38,524 nt of DNA from a bacterium (GCA_049472335.1 JBLIRO010000046.1:1-38524), one strand, 5' to 3'. Positions 27,002 through 37,134 are shown, counted from the stretch's first letter. Notes: a model not told the origin generated them from the letters alone. Translations and numbers: made by a program.

Positions 27002-29941
27002 TCAATGATTGAAGTCAATAACTATCCTGGTAATATTACCGGTATCTATCCTTTCTAATTTTTGATCTCTCCTCATAAGCCCCAAAGAAAAACGTTTTCC
27101 TATAAATTTAGTCCCGTTTAGTATTTCCCCGGATGTTATTCGGCAAGAAGGATCTATAATTTTAAAATGTTCTTTTTCAAGGGATCTGTCATAATCAAGA
27201 CTATATTTAAAAAGAGAAATAATCATCTTATAATCCAGAAAAATCCTTTCATGGTCCGCAATGTTATTAAATATATTGTCCATGGAGGCCTTGAGTTGAG
27301 AAATATCATCTTGATTTAATAGATATAATTGGGCCGCTGATTCTAAACATTGTGAGATTATCTCTGAATTATAATAAGAAACGGGCAAGAACAATTTTGT
27401 GTCAAAAGAAGAGGAATCTACATGCTTAAGGAATACAAGTGTCATATCATCCTCAAAATGTGTATTACCGGAAAAATCTTTTAACTCGGAAATAAGGTTT
27501 GTATATATCTCTTCGGGCTCTAATTTGGCAGAACAGGCAAAAGCATCTTTTAAACGATCGAAACTAAAAAATTCATTATTCTTATTTTTGACTTCTACAA
27601 CCCCATCTGTATAAAAAAGTATCATATCCCCTTTATCAATTGAAAGGTTAATGGGACAATAACGGGGCTCATCAGATATCCCCAAAGGAAAGCGTCCCTC
27701 TTTAGTCTCAATAAAACTAACCTCATCTTTGCTGTGATCATAATAAAGCGGAAAAGGAAGGCCGGCATTAGCAAGAGTAATTGTCTTGTCCGACAAAAGA
27801 CGGGCATAAATAAGGCCCACAAAAGACCTCTTTTTGGTTTCTCTTACAAGCAGCTTATTTGCCTCCTCCATCACCTGACCAACATCCTTCAGATTTAATA
27901 CCTGTGTCTGGCAGATTGTATGAGCAGCACTCATGAGCAATGCCCCCGGGATTCCATGCCCTGAGACATCACCCACAATGATACCCAGATCTTTCCCCTC
28001 TTCTGAGGGTATATCAAAAAAATCATAAAAGTCTCCGCCGATTTCAATAGCAGGAGTAATCCTTGGGTATACATAAAAATATTTAGTATATGGAGATACT
28101 TCCGGCAACATTCTCTTCTGAATCTCTCCGGCTATTTTTAATTCCTCTTCAAGCTTCTGTTTTTCTATTTTGTCCTGGAAAAGATGGATATTCTCCATAG
28201 CTATAGCTAAATAATTTGCAATAATCCTAAGGATTTCAATATCTGAAATATTATATTCTCTGCCGGATTTTATTTTTCCAAGTGACACAAAGCCTGACAT
28301 TTTATCATGGGTTATAAAGGGTAAAATCAATTGTGCATTTAACCGGTCAAACAGATTGAGCAGTTTTTCCCTATGGGAAGCGAATTGGCGGGATTCATAG
28401 AAGTCCTCCCTATTTACTTCTTTTTTCTCTTCAACCAGATGTTCAACCAATGGATGTTCAAAAGGAATAGCAAGCTCATTATCATTATGAATATGGTTTT
28501 TTTGATGATCATATGGAAGATATTCATTCTTTTCGGAGCTGTATAAAAAAATGGCCACATTATCAATAAACATTAAATTTGTTAGTATTTGCAGCAACTT
28601 ATCTATAATATGATTTAATTCAAATGAAAAAGTTATCTCCTTCAGAAGCTGCTTTACAGGTTCGCTATAGTCGTACTTTTTCCTGTAAAAAACCCGGTCT
28701 ACAATAACCCGGGCCCTATTGTGAATTGGATTGAAAAAGAGAACAATCGCTAAAATAAAAATAATCGATATTATCTGTTGATTATGAAATATGAATCCCA
28801 TAAAACGATTTGCAGTAAATATAAATATAAAATATATACAGATAATAGAAGCTGTGGTAAGAATATATCCGGTAGTTCTTTTAATAAAGATATCTATTTC
28901 GAAAAGATCATGCTTTGCAATCGCGTATCCTATAAATAGAGGAAACGTGGTGATAAAAGGGAGCGTTGCCAGATTTATATTAGGGATTAGATAAAGATTG
29001 AAAGAATTCAAGATAGGTTCTATCAATGGAAGAAGCACACCTATGAAAAAACCCAGTAAAACTATCCTTATTTTAAGTTTAGCAAGCCGAAACCTGGCTT
29101 TCATATATCGATAAAATAGGATAAATACAAATACTAAAATTGAAAACAACAAATAGAAAATCACTGAAATACGAAGGCATTTATCACAACTCTCTAAGAA
29201 TGGGGAAAGTGCCTCTATGCTAATCAACAAGAAAAGTGAAAGGATATAGGGGAAAAACCTATAAAGAGATTTTTTTCCCTGATCGGTCACCTCTAGCGGG
29301 AAATTAATGCACATATGGAATATTGTTGCCGGAAGAAAACAATAACCCACGAGTTTAAAAATCTGTATCCATGATGGTTTAATTGAACCATGATCGAAAA
29401 ATATCATAACCAAACCAGCACATAGACAGAAAAAAAAGAATGACCATGGTTTGTCTTCTATTGGGGTTGTAAAAAAAATAAAACTCCCTATTGAAACAAT
29501 TAGTATTCCGATAATCAATGGAATGCCAAAAGTCAAAAAAGCGTTTATCAAGCCAAAATACATTGTCTCAATAGAAAAAGTATGGATCTGACCATCTCTT
29601 GTAATAGTAAATCTATTTATAGATCCGATACTTCTCTCAACATTTGACCTTAACTTCTCCAGGCTATCTACAGATTTTCCATTGACCTCCAAAATCTTAT
29701 CACCTAACCTGAAACCTGCTTTGTATCCAGCATCAGACACACTGCCCACGATGTCCCAACCACTGAACATAAGATATGTGAAACCAAATGACGGCCCAAG
29801 ACTCCAAAGATAGATATTGATTATATAAATAATAGATAAAATCCCTATAACACAAATTAATATTGTAGCTAATATATGGGCCAAACTACTTTTTCTTCTG
29901 ATATTTAACAAGATCTTCCTTTCATTATTCTTAGGACTCAT
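27002..29941 (-). CDS. Membrane sensor phosphatase: TM-PDZ-multi-TM-GAF-PP2C (SpoIIE/RsbU) with a degenerate C-terminal HATPase-like domain
   Basis: PDZ AGFRLGDKILEVNG; about 9 further hydrophobic helices; GAF (LILPF...GFVSLG); PP2C motifs IGGDFYD, GDVSGHG, NAG, YTDGVVE, DDMT. Confidence 0.92.
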   Translation of the reverse strand: MSPKNNERKILLNIRRKSSLAHILATILICVIGILSIIYIINIYLWSLGPSFGFTYLMFSGWDIVGSVSDAGYKAGFRLGDKILEVNGKSVDSLEKLRSNVERSIGSINRFTITRDGQIHTFSIETMYFGLINAFLTFGIPLIIGILIVSIGSFIFFTTPIEDKPWSFFFFCLCAGLVMIFFDHGSIKPSWIQIFKLVGYCFLPATIFHMCINFPLEVTDQGKKSLYRFFPYILSLFLLISIEALSPFLESCDKCLRISVIFYLLFSILVFVFILFYRYMKARFRLAKLKIRIVLLGFFIGVLLPLIEPILNSFNLYLIPNINLATLPFITTFPLFIGYAIAKHDLFEIDIFIKRTTGYILTTASIICIYFIFIFTANRFMGFIFHNQQIISIIFILAIVLFFNPIHNRARVIVDRVFYRKKYDYSEPVKQLLKEITFSFELNHIIDKLLQILTNLMFIDNVAIFLYSSEKNEYLPYDHQKNHIHNDNELAIPFEHPLVEHLVEEKKEVNREDFYESRQFASHREKLLNLFDRLNAQLILPFITHDKMSGFVSLGKIKSGREYNISDIEILRIIANYLAIAMENIHLFQDKIEKQKLEEELKIAGEIQKRMLPEVSPYTKYFYVYPRITPAIEIGGDFYDFFDIPSEEGKDLGIIVGDVSGHGIPGALLMSAAHTICQTQVLNLKDVGQVMEEANKLLVRETKKRSFVGLIYARLLSDKTITLANAGLPFPLYYDHSKDEVSFIETKEGRFPLGISDEPRYCPINLSIDKGDMILFYTDGVVEVKNKNNEFFSFDRLKDAFACSAKLEPEEIYTNLISELKDFSGNTHFEDDMTLVFLKHVDSSSFDTKLFLPVSYYNSEIISQCLESAAQLYLLNQDDISQLKASMDNIFNNIADHERIFLDYKMIISLFKYSLDYDRSLEKEHFKIIDPSCRITSGEILNGTKFIGKRFSLGLMRRDQKLERIDTGNITRIVIDFNH

Positions 29942-29953
29942 TCAAAAATGGCT

Positions 29954-31537
29954 TCAAATTTTGTCAACTTTTTTTGAGCGAGTCCTTGAAAAACATATAT
30001 ATTTTGTAAATTTAAAGACAAGTGCCAGGCTGAATAAGGTTATACAAAAGATTACAAAAATGTCACCATATTTTGTGTAAAAAGTGGCCCCCTGATATAG
30101 GGGCATATCATCACATACCACACCTGTTATATTAAGATGTTCACCATTTTTGTTTTCAACCTTTTTAATAACCCTGCCAAAAGGATCAATAATACAAGAG
30201 ATACCGGTATTTGAAACCCTGGCTATAGAGATCCTGTTTTCGACAGCTCTAAAGATGTTACAAACAAAATGTTGATAGGGACCTGCTGAATCCTTGAACC
30301 ATGCGTCATTTGAAATATTGACCATAAATGAGGCCCCTTTCGAAACAAATCTCCGGAAAAGATCCGCAAAGATACCCTCCCAACAAATAGTAACACCAAA
30401 GGGTTTCTCATTAAGGGGGAAAATTTTTTCTTTACTCCCGGCTATGAATTTACCTGTTAGGCCGGGAGTAAGAAATGATAATGAGAATTTTCCAATCGAA
30501 GGGATATATTCACCAAAAGGAAGAAGTTTTATTTTTTGGTATTCTCCTGACATCTTGCCCTGTGAAGAAATATAAAATGCGCTATTATATATACCCTTAG
30601 ATCTGTCATCTGATTTCTCTATCTTTGCCGCCCCTGCCGCGCCTAAAATTATCGGAACATCTATCTCTCTCGCAAGAGCTAAAATCCTCCACAAATACCA
30701 CGGAGAGGAATGAAAATCCAGAGGCATGGCAGTCTCCGGCCATATGATAAGCGAAGGGTGCGCCTCTGCCAGATCTTTTGTCAGGGCTTTGTAACGCTCA
30801 AAACTCCATCCAAAGGTCTCTTTATTCCATTTTATGTCCTGGGGAATATTTCCTTGAACTAAACCCACCCTGACACTACCTGAGATATTATTATTTTTTT
30901 GGACGCTTCTCCCCCAAAAAGAGATGAGTAGTACAAGTAAAATCGGAGAAAGGTGGTAACAAAAAAATCCGACACCTTTTTTTTCCAATTTCCCGGAAAA
31001 AATAAGATGAGAAAGAATTACAGCAATGGATGAATTAACCAAAGCCACAAGAAAAGAAATCCCATAAACTCCTGTATAAGCTGAAATCTGAATAAGGTTG
31101 ATATTCTTATACTGGGTCTGTCCTAAAAGGGCCCAGGGTAAGGACAAAAAGAATAAATTTGACCGTGCATATTCCAATATCACCCAAACAAGAGCGACCA
31201 AAACAGGATAAAAAAAACGCCTGTAATCAAAAAGACGGGAAAAAAGGCCAAAAAGGCCAAAATATATCCACAAATAAAGACCAGAAAAAAGAAAATAAAT
31301 GGCGGAATATCCCTTAACCTGGTTAATCCATATAAAGATTCCCATAAATGAAATCAACCCGACCATCCAGGACAAGACAAATGCCTTTAACCACCTCATC
31401 CTTTGTATTATGAACAACAGCGGAACAAGGGCGATCCATGAAAAAAAAGAAAGATCATATTTGGGAAAAGAAAGTATTAGAAATAAAGAGGTGAGAAAAG
31501 CAAGAAAAATACTTAACCTGTGTTTTGGTATATTCAT
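29954..31537 (-). CDS. lnt: Apolipoprotein N-acyltransferase
   Basis: N-terminal TM bundle, PWALLG, VQGNIPQ..KW, catalytic E (IWPETA), K (QKIKLLPFGEY), C (ICWE), ISNDAWF, RAVEN, NTGIS; alternative TTG start at 31543. Confidence 0.93.
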   Translation of the reverse strand: MNIPKHRLSIFLAFLTSLFLILSFPKYDLSFFSWIALVPLLFIIQRMRWLKAFVLSWMVGLISFMGIFIWINQVKGYSAIYFLFSGLYLWIYFGLFGLFSRLFDYRRFFYPVLVALVWVILEYARSNLFFLSLPWALLGQTQYKNINLIQISAYTGVYGISFLVALVNSSIAVILSHLIFSGKLEKKGVGFFCYHLSPILLVLLISFWGRSVQKNNNISGSVRVGLVQGNIPQDIKWNKETFGWSFERYKALTKDLAEAHPSLIIWPETAMPLDFHSSPWYLWRILALAREIDVPIILGAAGAAKIEKSDDRSKGIYNSAFYISSQGKMSGEYQKIKLLPFGEYIPSIGKFSLSFLTPGLTGKFIAGSKEKIFPLNEKPFGVTICWEGIFADLFRRFVSKGASFMVNISNDAWFKDSAGPYQHFVCNIFRAVENRISIARVSNTGISCIIDPFGRVIKKVENKNGEHLNITGVVCDDMPLYQGATFYTKYGDIFVIFCITLFSLALVFKFTKYICFSRTRSKKVDKI

Positions 31538-31732
31538 AGACAAATAAGCCTTGAATGTAGCAATTCTAATTATGGCATTAGATCTCTTCCATCATATTTA
31601 ATGTTCGGATATTTAGGGGAAAACGAACTATATAGCAAGGGAAGGGCATTTATTATTGTCTTCTATGAATAAAACATTGTTATATTTTTTAAAGACTACA
31701 TTAAAGGTATGCAGCGGCCTGTTTAAAATTAT

Positions 31733-32161
31733 TTAGCAAGATAATTGCTTTTTATTATCATGCTTAACCAATCTGCCCACTTCTTTGATAAAATTATCGA
31801 CTTCAAAGGGCTTGGTCATAAATGCATTGGCACCATATTCTTTGGATTGATAATTGTATTTTGATTTGGTATATACGCCTGTAATTATCATAATAGGGGT
31901 ATTTCTCGATTTATCCATCTCACGAATCATTGAACAAATATCCAGTCCGTGTTTTCCCGGCAAAAGAATGTCTAAAATAATTAGATCCACATCGATTTTC
32001 TTTAAAATCTCAATTGCCTCTTCTCCGTTACATGCCTGATGGGTATTGTATTTCATTTCTTTCAACAGGTATTCTATAAGACGTCTGACAGAAATCTCAT
32101 CATCAACTACCAAAACATTATATTGTTTATCGGGTTCATTCTTGGCGATTTCTTTTTTCAC
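31733..32161 (-). CDS. Single-domain response regulator (CheY-like)
   Basis: VLVVDDE, IILDILLPGKHG, IITG, TKPF; GTG start after GGAGGGGG. Confidence 0.92.
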   Translation of the reverse strand: MKKEIAKNEPDKQYNVLVVDDEISVRRLIEYLLKEMKYNTHQACNGEEAIEILKKIDVDLIILDILLPGKHGLDICSMIREMDKSRNTPIMIITGVYTKSKYNYQSKEYGANAFMTKPFEVDNFIKEVGRLVKHDNKKQLSC

Positions 32162-32325
32162 TCAAATTCCCCCCTCCATTCAATATAAGATTAAATTATT
32201 CGCTACATACTGCTAATTATAATCAAGACATCTTATTTGAATCTGAATCAAAACTCACAAAACAATCTGTATATATAAATATAAAAAAACAACTGGAAAT
32301 CCCATATGTAACAAATTGTTCTTTG

Positions 32326-32343
32326 AAGCAAGGTTTATGCCAC
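32326..32343 (-). promoter_or_regulatory. sigma54 (-24/-12) promoter
   Basis: Minus strand GTGGCAT-AAACC-TTGCTT with exact spacing, upstream of the response regulator. Confidence 0.78.
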
Positions 32344-32526
32344 ATCTTTTTTAAATTAACCTATTGTTTTAAAAGGAACTAAACATTTATGGGAAAATAT
32401 TCCTCCTGAAATATTATCATTTATTTAACATCCTAGTCTCATTTTTAAACATTATTATTATCCTCTTATCCTCTTCCTATATCCTAAGAAGGACAAAAAT
32501 GATGAATCAAAATTTATCCATACGCT

Positions 32527-33342
32527 CTAATTTGTGTCCTTATTGATAAGTTTTAAAAGGTCAAGGGCATTCCTTACAGCAAAGCCGGCATGACAATTAT
32601 TAAAAAAGATAAACGTCTTTTTTGCTTTCATATCCATTTCTTTTATTTTCGGAATAATCTCCCTTAATTCATCATCAGAATATAAATAATTATATCTTTC
32701 CTCCAAAGACGAGTTAAACCAATTCCTGTTTCTTCCATGCAATCTAATATAGCCTATATCCGAAGTGACTTCTTTGATAAAAGGCATCAAACGGGGAAGT
32801 TCGGGTTCATCCACAGCGCAATAAGACAATTCATTCTCTTTAAGGAACTTGAAGGTTTCTTCCTTTGCCCATGCACGATTACGAAATTCTATAACCAAGG
32901 GTATATCCTCGAATTTTTCTTTACACTTTAGGATATATTCAATGAATTGCTTTGCAGGGTAAAAAAACACAGGATATTGTAACAAAACCGCTCCCAGCTT
33001 ATTCTTCTCTTTTATAGGCTGAAGGGAATAAACAAATTTATCAATATCCTCCATTGCCTTTTCAAAATCAGGTTTTTTTTCTGCAAGCCTTTTATCGAAA
33101 GGATCATGCGTGATTCCTCTATAAGCCTTTACAACAAATTCAAAATCCTTTCCTGTCTTGCTCTCCATACCGACAAAGGATTTCTCAGATAAAAGCGTAT
33201 AGTAGGTAGAGTTTATTTCTACACAATTAAATCCCAATTTTTCCTGATAGTATATCAGGTTATCCCTGGGTGAAAGATTCTCCGGATAAATTGTTCCTCT
33301 CCAATCTTTAAAAGAAAACCCCGATGTGCCTATTTTGATCAT
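32527..33342 (-). CDS. DUF72 (YecE-like) protein
   Basis: IKIGTSGFSFKDW, VEINSTYY, EFRNRAW, YIRLHGRN, YNYLYS, FFNN. Confidence 0.92.
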   Translation of the reverse strand: MIKIGTSGFSFKDWRGTIYPENLSPRDNLIYYQEKLGFNCVEINSTYYTLLSEKSFVGMESKTGKDFEFVVKAYRGITHDPFDKRLAEKKPDFEKAMEDIDKFVYSLQPIKEKNKLGAVLLQYPVFFYPAKQFIEYILKCKEKFEDIPLVIEFRNRAWAKEETFKFLKENELSYCAVDEPELPRLMPFIKEVTSDIGYIRLHGRNRNWFNSSLEERYNYLYSDDELREIIPKIKEMDMKAKKTFIFFNNCHAGFAVRNALDLLKLINKDTN

Positions 33343-33474
33343 TACATTAAATCCCCTATCCTTGAGCTAAAACCGGGGCAAAATACCCTTTTTTCGATCA
33401 GCTCAGGTCTTGACAAGGTTTGTTTCCAGAGGATAACAGGATTTGACTTATATCAAGAGAGAATGGACCCGAGT

Positions 33475-36186
33475 CTACACCAAGACCTCTTTAACCACTT
33501 TAAAAAGATCGTTCAAATTATAAGGTTTTTGTAAAAATGGAAAACCCCTTTCCATTATTACCGGCCATTGGGACTTTTTATCCATGTAACCACTTGTCAG
33601 TAAGACTTTAAGATCCGGCTTGCGATTCAGGAGAAGATCGATTAAATGAAGGCCATTTATTTCCGGCAGCACCACATCACTTAATACCAGATCAAAATTC
33701 CCTCTTTCCTGTTCGAAAATATCCAGGGCCTCTTTAGCCAGAGAAGCATCGAATATCAAATAGCCGTTTTCCATAAGCGCCTCTTTGATATATTTACGAA
33801 CAGAACTGTCATCCTCCACTAACAGTATACGTTCACCGCTGCCTTCCGGCACCGAGACATTCCCTTTGGTTTTTGTTTTTATTACCACAGGAAAAGCGGG
33901 AAGATAAATCTTGAATGTCGTTCCTTTGCCTTGCTCGCTATTGACATTTATCCATCCTTTATGTTGCTTTATAATACCATATACCACTGACAAGCCAAGA
34001 CCCGTTCCCTCACCGGCACCCTTTGTAGTGAAAAAAGGCTCAAATATATGTTGAAGGGTGTCCTTATCCATCCCTCTTCCTGTATCTTGAACTGTCAGGC
34101 AGACAAATTTTCCGGCCTGATTCTGTGAAATGGCTTCTTTTTTCTTTTTTTTCAAGGCGACATTCTCGGTTTTGATAATTAGATCTCCTCCATTGGGCAT
34201 GCTATCACGGGCATTCAAAGAGAGATTCATGATAACCTGGGTTATTTGCGTCGGATCTACCCTTACAAACGCCGGACATTCATCAATTATTGTTTTTAAA
34301 CAGATGTCCTCGCCTATAAGACGTCCTATCATCTTTTTCAAATCTGAAACCAGGGAGTTGATGTCCATTGAAACCAGTTGAAACATTTGTTTACGGCTGA
34401 AAGCCAGGAACTGCCCAGTCATCGTCGAGGCACTTGACGCAGCCTGCAAAACCTCTTCCAGATTCTCCTTTATAGGATCATCAGTGGAGATCTTTCTGTT
34501 AATCAGTTGGCAATGCCCCTTTATAACCGTTATTAAGTTGTTAAAATCGTGCGCTATACCACCGGCAAAGGTCCCAACGGCTTCCATTTTTTGAGCCTGC
34601 AGGAGCTGGGCATGAATACTCTCTTTTTCCTGTTCAGTTTTTTTTCTTTGAGTCACATCCCTTCCTCCCCCGAGAATGGTATCAATATTCCCGTTTTTAT
34701 CAATTATAGCCTTTAAAGACCATTCAATCCATATCAACCTGGATTTTATCAGAGCGCGATGAATAACAAAGCAGGTATGAGGACGGGTGCAAAGTTTCTG
34801 CATGGCCTGAGCAGTGGCTTCACGATCTTCCTCATGTATAAAGGATAAAAAATTTTCTCCTAATAAATCCTTTTCGTTTTTCCCAAAAAGCCTGCAATAG
34901 GATGGGCTTACAAACAAAAACCTTTTTTCAGAATCCATCTTGACCACTAAATCGGTCTGATTTTCAATCAGAAGCCTGTATTTCTCCTCCCGCTCCTTTA
35001 TGGCCTCTTCTGCCTGCTTCCTGTCAGTCACATCCTGACCTATACAGAAGAGAATTGTCCTGTTGGAGAGAGTTATAGGGACAACGCTAAGAAGAAGTGT
35101 TTTGATCTTTCCGTTCACAATATAATCGTTTTCAAATGTACAATGATGAAATAAAGGGAGATTGCCCGGTTTCTCTTTTTTCAAAAGACAAGGGCTAAAA
35201 TCCTTAATTTCCTTGCCAAGCAGCGATTCTTTGTCAATCCTTAAAAAATCTAATCCGGCCCTGTTGGAATCTAAATATCTGCCGGAATCATCCGTGACAA
35301 AAATAGGATTTGGCGCTTCATCGAAGAGTGTTTGTAGAATTTTTTCACGCAGCTCTTCCTCTTGCCTTTTGCGCTCATTAATATCACGGGTGACGATCAA
35401 GATGCCAATTGGCCGTCCGTTTAAGTCATTGATGAATTTCATTTTGTTTTCAGTCAATACAGTAAAGCCATCCTTGTGCTTGAGTCCGAGTTCAAGGGTG
35501 CGCGTCCTGTACAGATCTTTTTGATCCCTATGCTCAACAGTAAGCTCCTCTGAGAGTATTTCTTTCATAATCTTCAAAGAAGAAGGAATCAGAACTTTTT
35601 CCAGCGGATAACCTAAGATTTCCTGGGCACTGAATCCCAACATAGTCCTTATGGAAGGACTGATGTAAGTAAATCTCAAGTCCATATCTACGGTCCAGAT
35701 GACATCCAGTAAATTTTCTGCAAGAATTCGATATCGTGTCTCACTATCTTCAAAAGTCTCTTCTGATCTTATAAATTCACTGATATCACTCCCTACACCA
35801 AAGTAAAAATCAATCTCATTATTCGGCCCTGAAACCGGCCACCATTGCCACTTAATACAAACCTCCCGGCCATCCTTTGCGATCAGGCTGTTTTCATCAA
35901 ATACCTGATTATGTGAGTCACCCAACATCCTAAATATTTCATTCATCCTCTCGCGCTCATTTGCCGGGATAAAGACAGAAACATAATCTTTACCTATTAC
36001 CTCCTCTAAAGAATAACCCAATAACTGAAGCATCTCTTCACTCATAAACATGGTCCTGCCGTCAGCATTAATAGACATGAAAAAGGCTGGGGATCTCTGG
36101 AAGAGAAATTTATTGAAATCGGTCTTTTCTTTGGATAATTCTTTGTTCTTATTTACTATTATTTCCGGGGTTCCGCTGGCTCTCAT
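33475..36186 (-). CDS. Cytoplasmic hybrid sensor kinase (4 PAS - HisKA - HATPase - REC)
   Basis: QKMEAVGTFAGGIAHDFNN, NLSLNARDSM, DTGRGM, IFEPFFTTK, GTGLGL, receiver LLVEDD...DVVLP...KP; alternative start at 36192. Confidence 0.94.
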   Translation of the reverse strand: MRASGTPEIIVNKNKELSKEKTDFNKFLFQRSPAFFMSINADGRTMFMSEEMLQLLGYSLEEVIGKDYVSVFIPANERERMNEIFRMLGDSHNQVFDENSLIAKDGREVCIKWQWWPVSGPNNEIDFYFGVGSDISEFIRSEETFEDSETRYRILAENLLDVIWTVDMDLRFTYISPSIRTMLGFSAQEILGYPLEKVLIPSSLKIMKEILSEELTVEHRDQKDLYRTRTLELGLKHKDGFTVLTENKMKFINDLNGRPIGILIVTRDINERKRQEEELREKILQTLFDEAPNPIFVTDDSGRYLDSNRAGLDFLRIDKESLLGKEIKDFSPCLLKKEKPGNLPLFHHCTFENDYIVNGKIKTLLLSVVPITLSNRTILFCIGQDVTDRKQAEEAIKEREEKYRLLIENQTDLVVKMDSEKRFLFVSPSYCRLFGKNEKDLLGENFLSFIHEEDREATAQAMQKLCTRPHTCFVIHRALIKSRLIWIEWSLKAIIDKNGNIDTILGGGRDVTQRKKTEQEKESIHAQLLQAQKMEAVGTFAGGIAHDFNNLITVIKGHCQLINRKISTDDPIKENLEEVLQAASSASTMTGQFLAFSRKQMFQLVSMDINSLVSDLKKMIGRLIGEDICLKTIIDECPAFVRVDPTQITQVIMNLSLNARDSMPNGGDLIIKTENVALKKKKKEAISQNQAGKFVCLTVQDTGRGMDKDTLQHIFEPFFTTKGAGEGTGLGLSVVYGIIKQHKGWINVNSEQGKGTTFKIYLPAFPVVIKTKTKGNVSVPEGSGERILLVEDDSSVRKYIKEALMENGYLIFDASLAKEALDIFEQERGNFDLVLSDVVLPEINGLHLIDLLLNRKPDLKVLLTSGYMDKKSQWPVIMERGFPFLQKPYNLNDLFKVVKEVLV

Positions 36187-36684
36187 CTGCAAAATAGATT
36201 TCTCTGTTCAACAAGTTCAATAAGATACTAATATCGGTTTATATTATATCAATTAATTTAAAATTTTTTCATTCCCCTTTTGAACCGAATGTTCATGAAT
36301 GTTTCATTTTTCTAATAAGAAGAATTAATCAGGATGCAATTCAAACTTCGAAGCACCTTCAGGATACTATGAAGTATGAAAAACAAACTTATTTAAGCTC
36401 CATTTCTTTTAAAAATTTCATCTCGCTTCATAAAAATTATCGACATTTTTCAGCCCATTGTTCAGGATTTTTTTATTTAGAAAAAACCCTCTTTTTAATC
36501 AAATCACTATTTACAACTACTTGAGAAATAAAAAAAAATTAAAACCACCTTTTTGCCGAAAAAATAATAGAGACATTAAGAAAAGTTTTCACATAGGTTC
36601 GCTTTCTTGATATATGGCGATCGATTCAGACATGGTTTTATAAATCCTTTTGAAAATTTATTTGCGAGATAAGAAAGGGATTCT

Positions 36685-37134
36685 ATGATCAAAAAAAAAG
36701 AACCAATTGAATTACATATTCCAAGCAAGTTAGGTTTTGAAAAAATAGCTGCAAGCTGCGCAGTCTCAATTGCCAAAGACATGAAATTTTTCCCATCTAA
36801 AATAGATGATCTGAAAACGGCTGTTACAGAAGCTTGTTTAAATGCCATCGAACACGGCAACAAGATGAATCAAAATGTTCATGTCATCGTAACAATGACC
36901 CCTGGTGATGATTCCATGGTAGTTGAGGTATGGGATAATGGAGGAGAAAAATACGATTATAAATCCGATCCCGATATAAAGGAGAAAATAAGCGGCCAAA
37001 ATCGTCCCAGAGGCTGGGGACTTTTCCTGATACAGAACCTCATGGATGAAGTGGATATAAAATATGTCCCCCAAAAAGGAAATGTGATAAAAATGGTCAT
37101 GTACCTGAAAAAGCCTTCATCAGAATTTCAATGA
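36685..37134 (+). CDS. RsbW/SpoIIAB-like anti-sigma factor Ser kinase (HATPase_c_2)
   Basis: DLKTAVTEACLNAIEHGN, WDNGG, RGWGLFLIQNLMDEV. Confidence 0.9.
   Translation: MIKKKEPIELHIPSKLGFEKIAASCAVSIAKDMKFFPSKIDDLKTAVTEACLNAIEHGNKMNQNVHVIVTMTPGDDSMVVEVWDNGGEKYDYKSDPDIKEKISGQNRPRGWGLFLIQNLMDEVDIKYVPQKGNVIKMVMYLKKPSSEFQ

Noticed and set aside
26823..27005. 60-aa ORF (MTSYLLKNR...)
   Set aside because: It is the translation of the heptamer-containing MITE-like element and has no RBS.
33410..33440. TTGACA between DUF72 and the hybrid kinase
   Set aside because: No acceptable -10 at 16-18 bp, and the orientation is antisense to both genes.
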